DNA from: Chiloscyllium plagiosum
Taxonomy: Eukaryota
Length of the DNA: 64,000 nt
Assembly (NCBI RefSeq): GCF_004010195.1
Contig: NC_057719.1
Span: forward strand, 58,725,869 to 58,789,868
Direction of reading: 5' to 3'
In this document: positions 35,601-48,420 of the stretch, piece by piece
Position numbering within the stretch: the first letter of the stretch is position 1
Layout of the letters: the number at the start of each line of letters is the position of its first letter
Program-made: the position numbers and the translations under genes
Notes under the pieces: generated by a model
What the model was told of the DNA's origin: nothing
Seen by the model: the letters and a program-made list of their open reading frames with translations, nothing else
Database searches by the model: none

Positions 35601-38600
35601 TATGTTAGCTTTTAATGCAGGCCCCACCATCTAATTACTTCTGCTCGCTGACTGCACTGGCGTGGAGCTAAATGCTAACCCTGTGGAGGGTGCAATTACA
35701 ATTCGAAATGGAAAGTGAAATTCGTGCAATGTTAAAAAGAGAACAATTGTATCTCGGTCTGGTTCTTTCTTATCTGTTGTTGCATCTAATGAGACCCTGG
35801 GGAAGGTCTTCAGAGTCAAAGGGGAATGATGTTTTTTTTTCATTTAAAAACTACCCATAACAAACAAATGTGGGCAAGAAGCGAGGGTGGGTCCAACAGA
35901 TCACATGACTGCTGTACCTTTGTGAGGGAATGTTATACAATATGCTTTGGATGGTTGGTCATTACTGATGATATTGACAAAACTAACCGTTTTGCTTGTT
36001 TCTCAACAAATACAGTACGGCATTAATTATTGAAGATTATAGGTTGGTTATTTGCAAAACAATTAAAATATTTGTAACTTGGTTCTTTGCTCAAGGGGAG
36101 CAGTACGGTTGGAATTTACCTTAATAAACTTGAATGTTAATAAATGAGGAAAGCAATATAGCCGATATCCATATAATGGCAATATCTCACATTTTTGGCA
36201 AACTTTCACTTGTTAGGAACCCTAAAATTTTGAGATCAACGTGCATCCGGACAAAACAATCAGTTAAAGGGTTTTTTCCAAATACTTAAAATAAGTATTA
36301 CAAAGAACATAAACACCAAGTATTCGAATTATTTCCTGGTTTTTGCATAACATTGCACTTTGTCAACGTCCGCAAATATTTCTTGTTGACTTAACGGTGG
36401 AACAGGAATATCCCCAAACTTGGCCTATGTCCATCACTCAACTCATATCTGCATCGTTACTCGCGGCATAGTTTAATTCAAACTGGTCATTTAAAACAAT
36501 TCCAAGCCGATCAACTGGCGAATCAAAATTGGAATAACGAAAGGAGAGCTAGAAGCTAAGCAGCCATTTAGATGGATCATTGATGATAAACAGGGCAGTC
36601 TTAATTCACAATTCACGATGGGCTCAAGTTTGACTTCCACTGCTTATGACCGTTGTGTATGTGCATCGTTTATGTGCTCTATGTCCACTTGTTTATGTGC
36701 ACCTTGACCTATGCATATGTCACTGGATATATGCGCTATGTCCAGGGTCTGTGTGTGCTTTTTCCAGTGTACCTAATTTTTAAAAAAGACACCTCTATAA
36801 ACAACATCAAATATTACAAATGGTGTGTAAGAGGCGTTAATCTTCAGACTGTACTGAGATTAGCAGTTTGCACGTATTTCTCAGTTTTGATCTTCTGCTC
36901 GTAATTTATTTCCAGATCCAGAAGCACAAAACACACGCACAGCAAAATTTAGATTGTTTTCGGTTCTCCGAGCAAAGACGCGGAAATGAAATCTTAATTA
37001 AGTGTACACATTCTGATGGAGAGTAGTTCACGACTGTGTTTGCCGCCGGTACAAACTGTGGTTTTTGGTTATACCTTACACTGTTGTAACTTGCAAGGCG
37101 AGCTGAACCAATAATACTAGTTGTAGTAAATTATTAGACTCCCCCTGAAATAAAAGCAATTGTGTGAGAGCGCGGCCTTTTTTCGTTTCATGAATATTGG
37201 TAGTGGTTTCCACTGTGGAGTATTTTCGCCTTACAGAGAGACACATTCTTTACCCAGGTAGTGATTGTTAAAACCAGTTCCTGTCAGAGGTCAGGAGACG
37301 TTGTTTGTCCTGTTCAAAGTTCGCATTGAAAGTGTCTTGGCCCCAGTCTGGTGGATTAGAAGTCACAAAGAGGCGAAAGAACAAGAGTGAACCCAAGAAG
37401 CTTGTGGGATGGAACGAAATGCTAAATATCAGGAGAATACAAAGTCTCCCTTGCTTCAAAGCCGAATTGGTTATTTCTGTGCCGTCCTGAAAACTGGAAG
37501 ATTTGTCTTGGAAAAAACACACGGAAAGCCGAGTGTCCAGGAACCGACATTGTTCGACCTTGTGTCTGGAAAGTTAGATTCTTTATTGCGTATTCCACCT
37601 GGCTATACTGTTCTTTTTTAAGATGGCTATTTTTTTGTTTCGAACTATTTTTTCGCACTAACTTTTAAATCTGAAAAGCGTTTTAATCCAATGTTAGATT
37701 GTTGTTACAGAAATGATTTCTAAGTGTCGTGAAAATTGAGAAATAACAAAGAAGGAAAGTTGATGTTTATATGCTGTTTCCTTTGTTAAAAAATACTTCA
37801 AAAAAATAAGTGTTGCTCTTATATTAGTCTCAAATGTTGGTTATCACAGTTAAAATAAAATCGCCGATGAAATGACTTAGATATAATTTATAGTTACCTT
37901 ATACCAAGTCACTGGAAATCAAGACAACTGTTCAGCATTTGTTAAGTGTTGACTGTTCCATTGTGAGTTGGTGTTTAATTCCCAACATTTTGACGGGGCC
38001 GCTGATTTGTCTGAGTTAAACTTTGTGTCCTGGAGCTCTTCCTCGTTGAGAGCAGCGCTCGGATTCGTTTGTGCAACTACGTTCGGGCCCTGTCTCTGTT
38101 GATCGATTATACGTCAACTTTCGCATTAAAATTTGCAAAATAATCGCTAAATGTATCGATTGGGAGGAAGTTATTTGCGCAAAATTATGATGACAGAAAG
38201 TTCAGAAAGATGATTCACGCCACTGCTGTCTCTTTCTGCGCGCAGGTTATTTTTAACCTGTCGTCATCACTTAATAACACACAACGTGGAACGGGTTAAA
38301 ACCAAAAGTATCTTCCTTTAAAAAAGCGACAGTGTTTAGACAAATTAACACACGTGATAATTATATTTAACTGGTTTGTGTGCAAAATTACAAAAGTCAG
38401 TTGACCATAAGATTAAACAGAATGTGCGGTCCAACCCATTTCTCCCTTTGTAATATTCCGTTTTTGATGCACATTTAATCGTACCTGTTTTTCCAACTGT
38501 GAGTAGTAATGTAACAGAAATACATCTGGAATAAATTAGAAGCTCTTGTCTTTCAATCAGCGCCGCACCACATTTACTGCATAAAACAGCGCAAGGTTCA

Positions 38601-41600
38601 AGTGTAACCGCCAGTATATTCAGATAGGCGCCATACAAGCCTCTGAATTTGGTCCGTCTCATAAAGAAAATTATTAACTCGAAAAGCTCTTGGCCCCACA
38701 CTGATAGATTAGAATGCACAAGGAGAAAATAACCACAGTGAAATAAGGGGAGAAGGAGCTGGGAAAACAGAACAAAGTTTTCAATGCACTTCTCTTAAAA
38801 GCCACACCATTCTTATTTTTGGAAAATTCATTTGAGTCCAGTAAAATTACACAAGGTAGTTTCGACCTAACGTTAAGTGCTTTAACTTCAATAACCTTTG
38901 TAATTTTCTTCGCTTTTCGATTTGAAGCACGTGTCACTTCTTGCTGGTCCCAGTTCCGATCTTTGAAGAGCTGAAAATTGAAACTGCATTAGGACAGTCC
39001 GCTGACTGCGAAACCTGAGGATGACAACTAGGTAGATACGTCTATCTTCCTCTCATTAGGTTAATGCATATGTACATTAAAAATGTTAGACAAATGTTTG
39101 ATGAAATAAACAAACATCACTCCACTACACGTCATTTCAGTGCCATGTTTGAGAATCGAACAGGACCGATTTTGCCCCCCTTTCATAAACACGTTTATAT
39201 AATTGTCAGATTTACAGTAAAAGGGGAATCGCTCTGCTGGCGGTGTTGCGATGAAAGCTATCGATGCTCTTGATGGTAAAAGTGGGGGAGGGGAGTGAGA
39301 TTTGAAGGGCTCTCCATACTTTGTCTGAACGGTCGGCACTCCCATTGACTTTCGCACCAAAGGAAACAAGCACCACCAGAACTCCGATTTTACATTCAAC
39401 CGTCAGGATTTGACTCTTGCATTATTTGGCATCGAGAACAACCCAAGAACACTCAACAAAACTCTTAAGAACTTATTTTGCCGGGATGTTCTGACAGTAT
39501 CAGAAGTTAATTTGAATAAGACAATTTTTCTGTTCACAACGGTAAGCCAACTGTTATATTTGCAATAATTACTTTTAATCATCGAATCTCAAATTAATAT
39601 GAAATAAGAACATATACATCAATATTGTAGATCCAATAATCCCACACATCCAGCAAACATTGTCAGCCATTATCTAGAGTAGAGCAGCAGCTACACAGAG
39701 CCGGGAAATGTGAATACTAAATTTCGGAAAAGTCAGTAGTTACTGACTTTTAACAATCTTAATGACTGTGCAAACCCTAAAAAAAAAGTTTCTCTTGAAA
39801 AGCTAAAAACGCACATCCCCAACCAACGCCGTGTTTCGCAATTTTTTTTTGCGAAAGCGAATGGGATGGAGCAGATTTTGTGGAATTTGGAAACCTAACG
39901 TACAGCGGGTGGCAGCCAGGCAGAAATACTCTGTTATTTAATAAAGGAACCTAAAACTCATAGCCACGAAGTTGAATGGTATACAATGGAATTCTGACAT
40001 TCAAATCAATTAAAAGTACCGCAACACTTAGAACAGAAATCCCTATTCAACCTGATTATTGGAGTTAATTCTCCCTATTAAGGGAAAAAAATCAACCACT
40101 CGCCATCGAAAGTTAACTTCTTACAGAATACTAAACACGAAGAATCAGCTTTTCTATAAATATATTGAACTACGAAGATGCAAACGATTTAAAATGTGGC
40201 GTTTTTTTCCGCAGCTGTACGCGCACTGATCTACCAGCGTGAATTTTCAATGTAATTAGCTACGTACCGTGATTTTCCTCCATTCCCCTGGAAAGATATT
40301 GTTTACAGAAAATAAATTGTGACCTAGCAATATTGGTGTAGCCAGCATGTCCGCTTAAGGATAATCCGAGAATTCGCTCTTCTCAATTTCACATTACACT
40401 TTTTTTCACTCATCAGGGGACAATTACATTATAATTAAAAGAATCTCACGGTTACTCTGACAATGTGTGTGTCCCGCCAGTGAACAGTGATCAAAGAGAA
40501 ATCTGAAATCCACTTGTGTGGGTCGAAATTACAATGTGTTTTTGCACTCAGATACAAAGAAATGTAATTCTATCACACATTGTAACATTTGTAACAGACA
40601 ATGCTCTGAACTTGGTCTCAGCGTGACAAAGGAAAACACAGCAATTGTAGCTGTTCAACACAGACTTTATAAATGATTGGAGACAATACACGCCGTTCGG
40701 TAGTGGAAAACATATTGGGATCAGAGGCGACCGTTTCTGAAACAAGGGTCAATGATATCACATATATGTATGAAAATGCAATAAACCCACAGATCATTTT
40801 AATGACTGACAATCTTAACTAATTTTTAAAGTAAGTGTTTTGCAGTCATTCTTTTGTCTTGTGAAATGAAGTCAGTCTCTGGCTTTTCATCTTCAGGAGT
40901 AGCGCTTAGACCAGGTTCCTGTTTGAAAATACAAATCCTAAACTGGTATATGGTCTTCCTCAAAATCTTCCGAACCACTTGGTTTTCTTGTGCACTTTAT
41001 GATTCAGATGCTCAAAGCCCAAGTACGCTCAATTGAAAACGAAAGACAATGCGCTGGAATTATTACCCTTTGGCTATTCTGATCAAAAATTTGCAAATTA
41101 GAATGTTTTATTTTAAATAAAGTTCTGGTATTAATTATAAATTAAACGCAGAGACATAGTACTGAAACTATTCTATTCTATCGAGAGCAGGTTTGAGGAA
41201 AATCCAAATACAACTCCAAATACGCTGCCCCACATTTGTTCTCTGTTTTGGGAATGGCCTGCTGGAGTTTATTGAAAATATTCGCAGTGAACCTGATCAT
41301 TTTTTATGTTGGAAACGATCATTTGTACAAATAAAAATTTGTTGTGTACAAATAATTTGTACACACAAGGGTGGTTTTATGTAGTAGCCAGTGATGAGTA
41401 AACTTAAACCCTGCCTTTTTAAAAAATATTGTTGCCAATCCCGTGATAGTTGTAATCATTGATTTGATACTGACATTTTCTGAGGAAGAATTTAAGCGCC
41501 AGATTTCGGATTTCATCAACAGAAATGGCTTAATCTTACTGTATATTTGAAGGGAACACTTTTAACTGCTTATTGGTGAGTTACGTGATTAACGACAAAA

Positions 41601-41626
41601 CCACAAAGTAGGTGCGAATTAACCTT

Positions 41627-42552
41627 TTTATTTTCTCATCAAATCAAAATAATTTTATTCATTTTCATAGAATTACAAATACAAAATTAACAACTCCTTA
41701 AATTCCATTTGTAATTTGTATCATTAGTTTTCAACAACTTAAAACTAGAAAGGACCTAGAGTAGATCATGCAATAAATTAGGCACATTGAGAAAAGCCGC
41801 AAGAGCCCGCCTGGCTATATGCTAACACCAACATTTCTAGACATCTAAAAACGGGGGAAAGTGCATTAACACTGGATGGAAATAACAGTTAAAAGGCATC
41901 GCGGAACGAAAAATAGAGTAACTTTTCCTGGTTCCTGATGCAGGTAACATTTGGTTCATTTTTACAATCAACCCGCTTTTTTAAAAAAAAATTGCAAATG
42001 AATCGACATGAACACATGAAACAGGCTTTCGTCTTTTTTTTCACTAAAACTGCACGGCGTCCTGTAGAGTTTTTTTTAAAGAGCAGTTTCATAGAATTAA
42101 CGCACAATTATTGTCTGCAAACAGCTCATTTTATTTAACCTCCGGTGCTTACCCTAATGCCCTTCTCTCTCCCGCTCATCTTTTAAGTGGTCAAGACAAG
42201 TCTTGGGTTTTGTTTAGAACTGTCATAACTTGTGGGCAGCCTCTGGGAATGGTGAGTGGACGCGGAGAAAGAAGTACAGGGTCACAACGAATTCTAGAAT
42301 TATACAACACGGTTCTAATAAAAAAATTAAATACATTCTGCAGATGTTTGCGAGATATTCTCCGCGAAATGTACAGTCGTGATTCGTCGTCAAACTCTGC
42401 AGGGACTTTGCACTTCCACAGTTTGGATACATATTGAATGTTGTGAAGTAACAGTCTTTGCACACAAAGGTGCAGAAATAGCAATCCCGGAAAAGGGGGC
42501 AAAGTGTCAATGATGATCTGACGGTTCGAACTCCTTTGTTTTGGGTGTAAGA
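41627..42552 (-). other. FOXA1: FOXA1 3' UTR with tandem AATAAA signals
   Basis: Minus-strand AATAAA at 41654-41659 and 41627-41632, about 0.9 kb after the stop codon, in U-rich sequence. Confidence 0.6.
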
Positions 42553-43782
42553 CTAAGAGGTGTTGAGAACAGGTCTGGAATACACACCTTGGTAGTAGGA
42601 GGCTTCACTGGCCAAGACCGAGGGCTCCAGGCTGCCCTTGCCCATGGAGCTGAGGGCCAGCCCACTGCTCCCGTAGCTGGAGTAATGCATGGCCTGTTCG
42701 TAAGCCTTCAAGTCCATCTTGTGATGCTGCTGCTCGGACGACATGAGGTTGTTGATGGAGAACGGGTGGTTGAAGGAGTAATGCGGCTCTCCCTTCAGGT
42801 GGTGCACTTGCTGCGAGTCGGCGGCCGACACGTGGCCGAGGGGAGGCGGCGGCGGGGCCCCCGGGCTCAGGCTGAGGGCACTGCCCAGCGCCGGGCCCGA
42901 GCTGCCCAGCGGAGCCTGCTGCTTGCCGAGTTCCCTGTCCGGGCTGGTGCACGAGCTGCTCGAGTCGCCGAGCGCCGGCGTGCCTTCGGCCTGGGGTAGC
43001 GGGCCGGGGCGGGTGCCGGCGGCCGGCGGGCTGCCCTGGGCGGGGGCGCCCTCCTTCCTCGCCCCGTCCGCCCGCAGCGCCGACCTCTTCTCGCACTTGA
43101 AGCGCTTCTGGCGCCGCAGGTAGCACCCGTTCTCGAACATGTTCCCCGAGTCCGGGTGCAGGGTCCAGTAGGAGCCTTTGCCGGGTTTGTCCGGGGAGCG
43201 GGCCACCTTGATGAAGCAGTCATTAAAGGAGAGTGAGTGGCGGATGGAGTTCTGCCAGCGCTGCTGGTTCTGACGGTAATACGGGAACAGGTCCATGATC
43301 CACTGGTAAATCTCACTGAGGGTCAGCATCTTGCTGGGGGCCTGCTGGATGGCCATGGTGATCAGGGAGATGTAGGAGTACGGCGGCTTGGCGTGCGGGT
43401 AGCTCCGCCGGAAACTCTTGCTGTCCCTGGGCCGGCTCAGGTTACTCTGGCCGTACGCCATCGGGCTGAGGGCCGCCGGGCTCAGGCTCGAGTACGGGCT
43501 CAGCGCGCTCATGGAGGGCGGCTGGCCGCTCAGGTTCGGGCTCATGGCCGTCACCGGGGCGCCCATCGCGCCCGTGCCGCCCCCGCCGCCGCCGCCTCCG
43601 CCGCCGCCTGTCATCGCGGCCATGGCCGGGCTCAGCCCCGTGCCCATGCCTGGGTTCCCGTAGGACATGCTGAAGGAGCCCGAGTTCATGCTGCCGCCGG
43701 AGCCCATGCTGTTCATGCTCATGTAGCTGTTCATGCTGCCCAGTCCTGGGTTCATACCGTTCATTGGCACCGTCGTATAGGC
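42553..43782 (-). CDS. FOXA1: FOXA1 (HNF-3alpha) second coding exon with forkhead domain; full protein 433 aa, intron 43783-44471
   Basis: Acceptor cctttccttttctctgtttttgtataatttgtgaag|GCC. Forkhead [104 protein letters not shown], eh1-like [12 protein letters not shown] and C-terminus [14 protein letters not shown] are FOXA1-type. Adjacency to MIPOL1 matches the known synteny. Confidence 0.97.
   Translation of the reverse strand, partial: AYTTVPMNGMNPGLGSMNSYMSMNSMGSGGSMNSGSFSMSYGNPGMGTGLSPAMAAMTGGGGGGGGGGGTGAMGAPVTAMSPNLSGQPPSMSALSPYSSLSPAALSPMAYGQSNLSRPRDSKSFRRSYPHAKPPYSYISLITMAIQQAPSKMLTLSEIYQWIMDLFPYYRQNQQRWQNSIRHSLSFNDCFIKVARSPDKPGKGSYWTLHPDSGNMFENGCYLRRQKRFKCEKRSALRADGARKEGAPAQGSPPAAGTRPGPLPQAEGTPALGDSSSSCTSPDRELGKQQAPLGSSGPALGSALSLSPGAPPPPPLGHVSAADSQQVHHLKGEPHYSFNHPFSINNLMSSEQQHHKMDLKAYEQAMHYSSYGSSGLALSSMGKGSLEPSVLASEASYYQGVYSRPVLNTS
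42560..43760. promoter_or_regulatory. GC-rich CpG island over FOXA1 exon 2
   Basis: Abrupt very high GC content with dense CG dinucleotides, against AT-rich surroundings. Confidence 0.85.
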
Positions 43783-44471
43783 CTTCACAAATTATACAAA
43801 AACAGAGAAAAGGAAAGGTGTTAGTTGGGTGGGTCAGGGTGACAAGTTTTATTTTGCTTTATTCAGAGCGCCCTACACCAGCGGGAAAGTTATCTTTTCC
43901 GACGCACTTGGGGGGGTTGGGGAGAGGGGGGGAAACCCCATCTTCGGGCTCATTTCACTAAACTGAGGTGAGAAAGCCACGCCTCCTGAAATAAAATATA
44001 AAATGGGAACAGCTTCCTCCCTGCAGTAAGATACAACAGTGCTACTGATTATTGTTGATGGTTTGTTAAAATGCCCTGTCTGATCTTTGGCCGGGCTCGT
44101 AAACACTGCAGCGGGATTGAGAGTGCCTCTCCCTCCCTACCTCCCTCTGATGCCACCCCGTGGTCAGTAACTTTGTGGCTCATTAGCTCCTGTATCGAAT
44201 ACACAAACGCACAACACCAAGCAGGTTTTTTTTTGTATTAACTACTATGAACACTATGGTTTGGTATTCCGTCATTTTGAGACATCTAACACCCGCTGAA
44301 TATCCTTCGACAGAACACTGTCCGATTTTAAGAAAGAATTCCTCGGCAAAATACCTCGAAAAGATGGTTTGAAATTCAGTCACACTATAATCCGCGCTCT
44401 TTTATGTGAGCTGTTGGTTGATGCCGCAAGTGACCACCTCAAAATAAGGTGCAACTGTTACTTTGACTTAC

Positions 44472-44543
44472 CTCCTGCGGTTCTCCGTAGTAACTGCTCC
44501 AGTCAGAAGCTTCATGTCCTTCCATCTTCACCGCACCTAACAT
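44472..44543 (-). CDS. FOXA1: FOXA1 first coding exon (24 codons)
   Basis: Reverse strand reads [24 protein letters not shown] followed by donor GAG|GTAAGT. This is the classic FoxA N-terminal motif and joins exon 2 in phase 0. Confidence 0.96.
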
Positions 44544-45917
44544 TATGGAGGCAATAAACGAGCATCAAAAGGTTGTCCCAAAAATACAATCCCAGGGCGG
44601 ATGTAGTCTGCCTGAAGTACAGTGAGGAAGATAGAATGGAGACTGCGAGAGTGAGGAAGTGGTGGGACGCGAACACTTTGAGTGGCGCTGGGGACATGCG
44701 TAGTGATTTAACTGCCCACAGATCCTGCCTCCTTTCCCGATTTGCCCAGATCTTTCTATATTTGAATAATCAACTCTCACCTAAGCGTTAGGATACTCTG
44801 TTCCTAGTCCTCACCTGCCTTGACTCCTGGCACCGCTCACAATCCAACTGGTTTCCACTCAGCGGGGCCACACTTGAGCCATTGAAAATAGTCCCTGTTG
44901 AATTTGTAAAGAGACTAATTGGTTTAACTCGGAAACAAAAGGAAAGACAAACTATAGCAATAGGATGAGAAAAGATAAATTAATCCGGCACCAAAAACGA
45001 AACCACTGACACTTTTTTGCCCCCCGAATAATTAAACTGAGCGAGAAAATCCAAGGGACTCAGAACTAATTCTGTTTTCCTTTTACAATATTTCTATTAT
45101 ACTATACTTCCCCGACAAAATCGTAGTAACAGTATAACCTGACTTTTTTTTCGCAATTTGAAGTTAACCGTCGCAATTTTTATAGCGTTTTGTTTTCAAA
45201 GAGACGATAAGTGTAAATACTAAAGGGTAAACGGCGCCCTGGTGTGATTTGTTTGAGTTTGCAGCTTCAACCTGCCCGTTGAGAAAATCAAACCTGACCG
45301 TTAAAACGACCAAGTCTCACAACTCACAACACACCACCAAAATGTCAATACTGGGGATAATTTAATAAACACTTCGTTTAGACTCCTTTCCATCAGACTG
45401 GGTTGTGTCAAACGCAATCCTCCCGCTAATCAGTAAACTGAAGGAGAGATAGTTGATCCAGCAGCCTGTCTAGCGATAGCACCGTTAGGAAACCTTTGGA
45501 CCGGCAAATACCTATCTAATTGTGATCAATAATGGTCGCATTCCAAAAAACAAATTATTTCTGGGATATACGGTTGTGATTGCAGACAATTCATTAAATT
45601 ACACGGTGATGTGAGCTGCAATCTGAACTCCACATGTTTGGTGACTGACTACAAAGGGCTACGGACCTTTCTGTGTTGTTCATTTAGAAATCTAAACAAA
45701 TGTCTGTTTAATAAGGTATTAGGCTGAGCGACATTCCTGGCCTGAAAGAGACGAATCGGCCTGAAAGAGGCAGATGTAATTAGCCTGCGGTAGAATTTAC
45801 TCTGCCGTGTGACGTCTTTGAGGAATGGTGTAAATAAACGCATTCTTCGTCCTTCTTTCGTCGTGATAGGTCGTAAAAATGCAGAATGAAGAATAGTTTG
45901 CATTCAAGACCACGTAC

Positions 45918-46230
45918 CTCGGGTTACCCTCTTTAGGACTCTGCAGCCAGCAACAGCCCTCGCTCCAAGTCATCAATAAACGAAACTTGTGCAGTGGCTT
46001 TATGTAGCGCCTAGCAACGGGACGGCATTTGGGTCTGGGATGTTAACCCGAAAAAGAAATGAACAGTGCTGGACTCCCCTTTTCTCTGTGTTGTGCAAGA
46101 AGTTTACTGCTCCGGCCGTGAGCTGGCTTCCAAATACAACATGAAAGAGAAGCTGTAGACTTGCAGCTGGCAACACTTCAAAATCTCCACAACACCAGGG
46201 TGACAAAGTGTAAATAAGCAAATGAAAACT
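45918..46230 (-). promoter_or_regulatory. Candidate distal FOXA1 promoter and short non-coding first exon
   Basis: Donor GAG|GTACGT at 45918/45917, TATA-like TACATAAA at 45999-46006 (minus), forkhead-type GTAAATA/GCAAAT motifs near 46209-46223, and an otherwise unexplained strong acceptor at 44612. Confidence 0.4.
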
Positions 46231-48093
46231 ACGTTGTCTGTACCTTCACTTTGTTTTTTTTATATCTCACCTCTTTCTGTGATGTGATTGACCCAATGTT
46301 TTGAAATGATGTCAGTCTAGTTGCGTGCCCCTGTCCTTTCATGTGAATTGTTCGGGAGGTTAACATGCAACTAGAGCAAGCGCCCAGAGGAACCTCCCTC
46401 CTGGCTTCTTTTCCAGGCCTTGCTGCAGGTCATTGTTGAGCGACAAGACCGTGGTGCTTCCCTTCTTTACACTGACTGCGATGGGATGTTTGAAGTTTGG
46501 CCAGATTCACAAACCTTCTGGCAGATGCGAGGAGATTTGCTATGATTCGATTTTCTCCGGAAAGGAAAACAATATGAAAGTATGATCACATTTTACCCAG
46601 AACCTCGGATTATCTTCATTAAATTACTAAACAGTTTGGAACAAAGTAATATCGCGAAAGGGAAGCTATCTGGAACGCATATATTATTGTTATGGCGACA
46701 AGTTCGGTCTGCTAAAGGGGCAGCCCTAATGTGTAGCAATCAGTGTTGGTCCACGGATTGATCTGCATCCCCTTGCCAGCCGTGCCAGGTGTAACCTGGA
46801 CTTCAAATTGTGCAATAGTCCTTACAGCTCTGGCCTCAACAAGACAATTCAATGTATAGTTTGTAGAATGAGAACGAGAATGCAGCAAGTTTTGCCAGTT
46901 AATTACATCCGTTTCCACAATTTTATGGCTGTGCCCTTCCTCTGTGTCACTGTGTGCACAGGTATTATATAAGAAAGGCGTTTTTTTCACCATCGTCGTC
47001 TGTCGTATCATTGTTTAAAATGATGAGGAGTGGGCGCTTATAAATCCAACCGCATTTGGTCTGCACTAACCATGGACAGAAGGCGGAACGCCGGGCTGTT
47101 TTCTTCACTTTAGTTCACCACAAAGTGTCAATTCCATATATTATCCTCCTGCCATCCCTTTAAAAAAACCGAGCTATAGCATCGTTGATTCAATGTTACA
47201 TCCTCAGTAGTAAATATAGATTAATTTCCACTTGAAGGTTTTATGAAGAGAGCATTAACTCCTGGTCATTGATTAAATGAGTAACTAAACCATTTTGAAA
47301 ACTCACATTTGTGTGCCTACACTGACGTTCGCTGCATCTAAAATATTTGTCATCTGTATAATTATTTCAACGTGCAAAGTTTTCTTTAGCAAATCTTTGA
47401 AATAAAGTTTTATTACAGTCCATGTTCTGTTTAAGCTATGGACATGGGGATTGTACGTGTCCTTACTAGATACTATACGATCCATGGTGAGGACCCCATA
47501 TCTGATCAATCCTGTTTCATTCTGCAGCCCATTCGTACCCCAGCCTCAGCACAGTGTGGAATGAAAGCTCATTAACTGCCTATAAATAAACCGGTTCATA
47601 CATTCACACGTGCTACAGATTACCTACAAGAATAGTTCCCAGTAATTAAGGAGCTGCGTTGGCAATAAATAGAGAGCAAGGAGTCCGCGAGTATCCTACA
47701 AGAAGCCATCCATCTGGATTGAGCGACTCCGGGGACGCTGCTGGTTTCAGAAAGGTCTCATTAGCATCTGAAGAGCAATATGCACAGGGTGGGTTTTGTT
47801 AACAATGTTGCAAAATTAATTGGATCATTCTTCCCTGAGTGAGTTATCTCTATGTGAAGGAGGTGATGTAAGTGCAAGACTCTATAGGTTTATCGCTGAT
47901 ACTGCCCATTCGTGAAGAAGCAAAACCAGCCGCAGTGCAATGTCCCACTACACAAGGCGGCTGCTCGGCTCCGGCACAGTTATTATTGCACATTAATTCA
48001 TCGATTAATTAACAATCCATTAATAAATACAGTAATAAATTATTTTCCGATTTTGAACGTGTAAATTTGTCTAATCTTGCTCATATTGTCCAT

Positions 48094-48420
48094 GGCGAGG
48101 CAACGGCCTAGTGGTATTATGACTAGCTAGCTAAGCCCAGCAATCCAACTCATGTTCTGGGTGCGGGGTTTCGAATCCTATCATGACAGATGGCAGGGTT
48201 TGAATTCAAATAAACATCTGGAATTAAGCAACTAATAATGACCGTGAGTTTTCGGGGGGGAAATACCTTTACGGACGGAAACTGTCATCCTTACCTGGTC
48301 TGACCTGTATGTGACTCCAGATCCACAGCAGTGTAGTTCACTTTTAACTGCCCTCTGGGTAATGAGAGATGGGCAATAAACGCTGACCTGGCCAGAGACA
48401 CTCTCATCCTGTGAAATATT
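48094..48420 (+). mobile_element. Near full-length tRNA-derived SINE with LINE-like tail
   Basis: GGCCTAGTGGTATT A box, GGTTTCGAATCC B box, and a tail 'gatgggcaataaacgctgacctggccagagacactctcatcctgtgaa' shared with 56900-56950 and 58810-58870. Confidence 0.7.

Noticed and set aside
39728..39751. 11-bp inverted repeat AAAAGTCAGTA-GT-TACTGACTTTT resembling an intrinsic terminator
   Set aside because: Bacterial terminators are irrelevant here, and short AT-rich hairpins are expected by chance.
43783..43788. ORF-track start (GTG AAG, 'MK') for the 411-aa forkhead ORF
   Set aside because: These bases are the intron acceptor; the true start is the ATG at 44543 in exon 1.
42541..43824. Several long alternative-frame and antisense ORFs over FOXA1 exon 2
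   Set aside because: Expected shadows of very GC-rich coding sequence; no recognisable domains.
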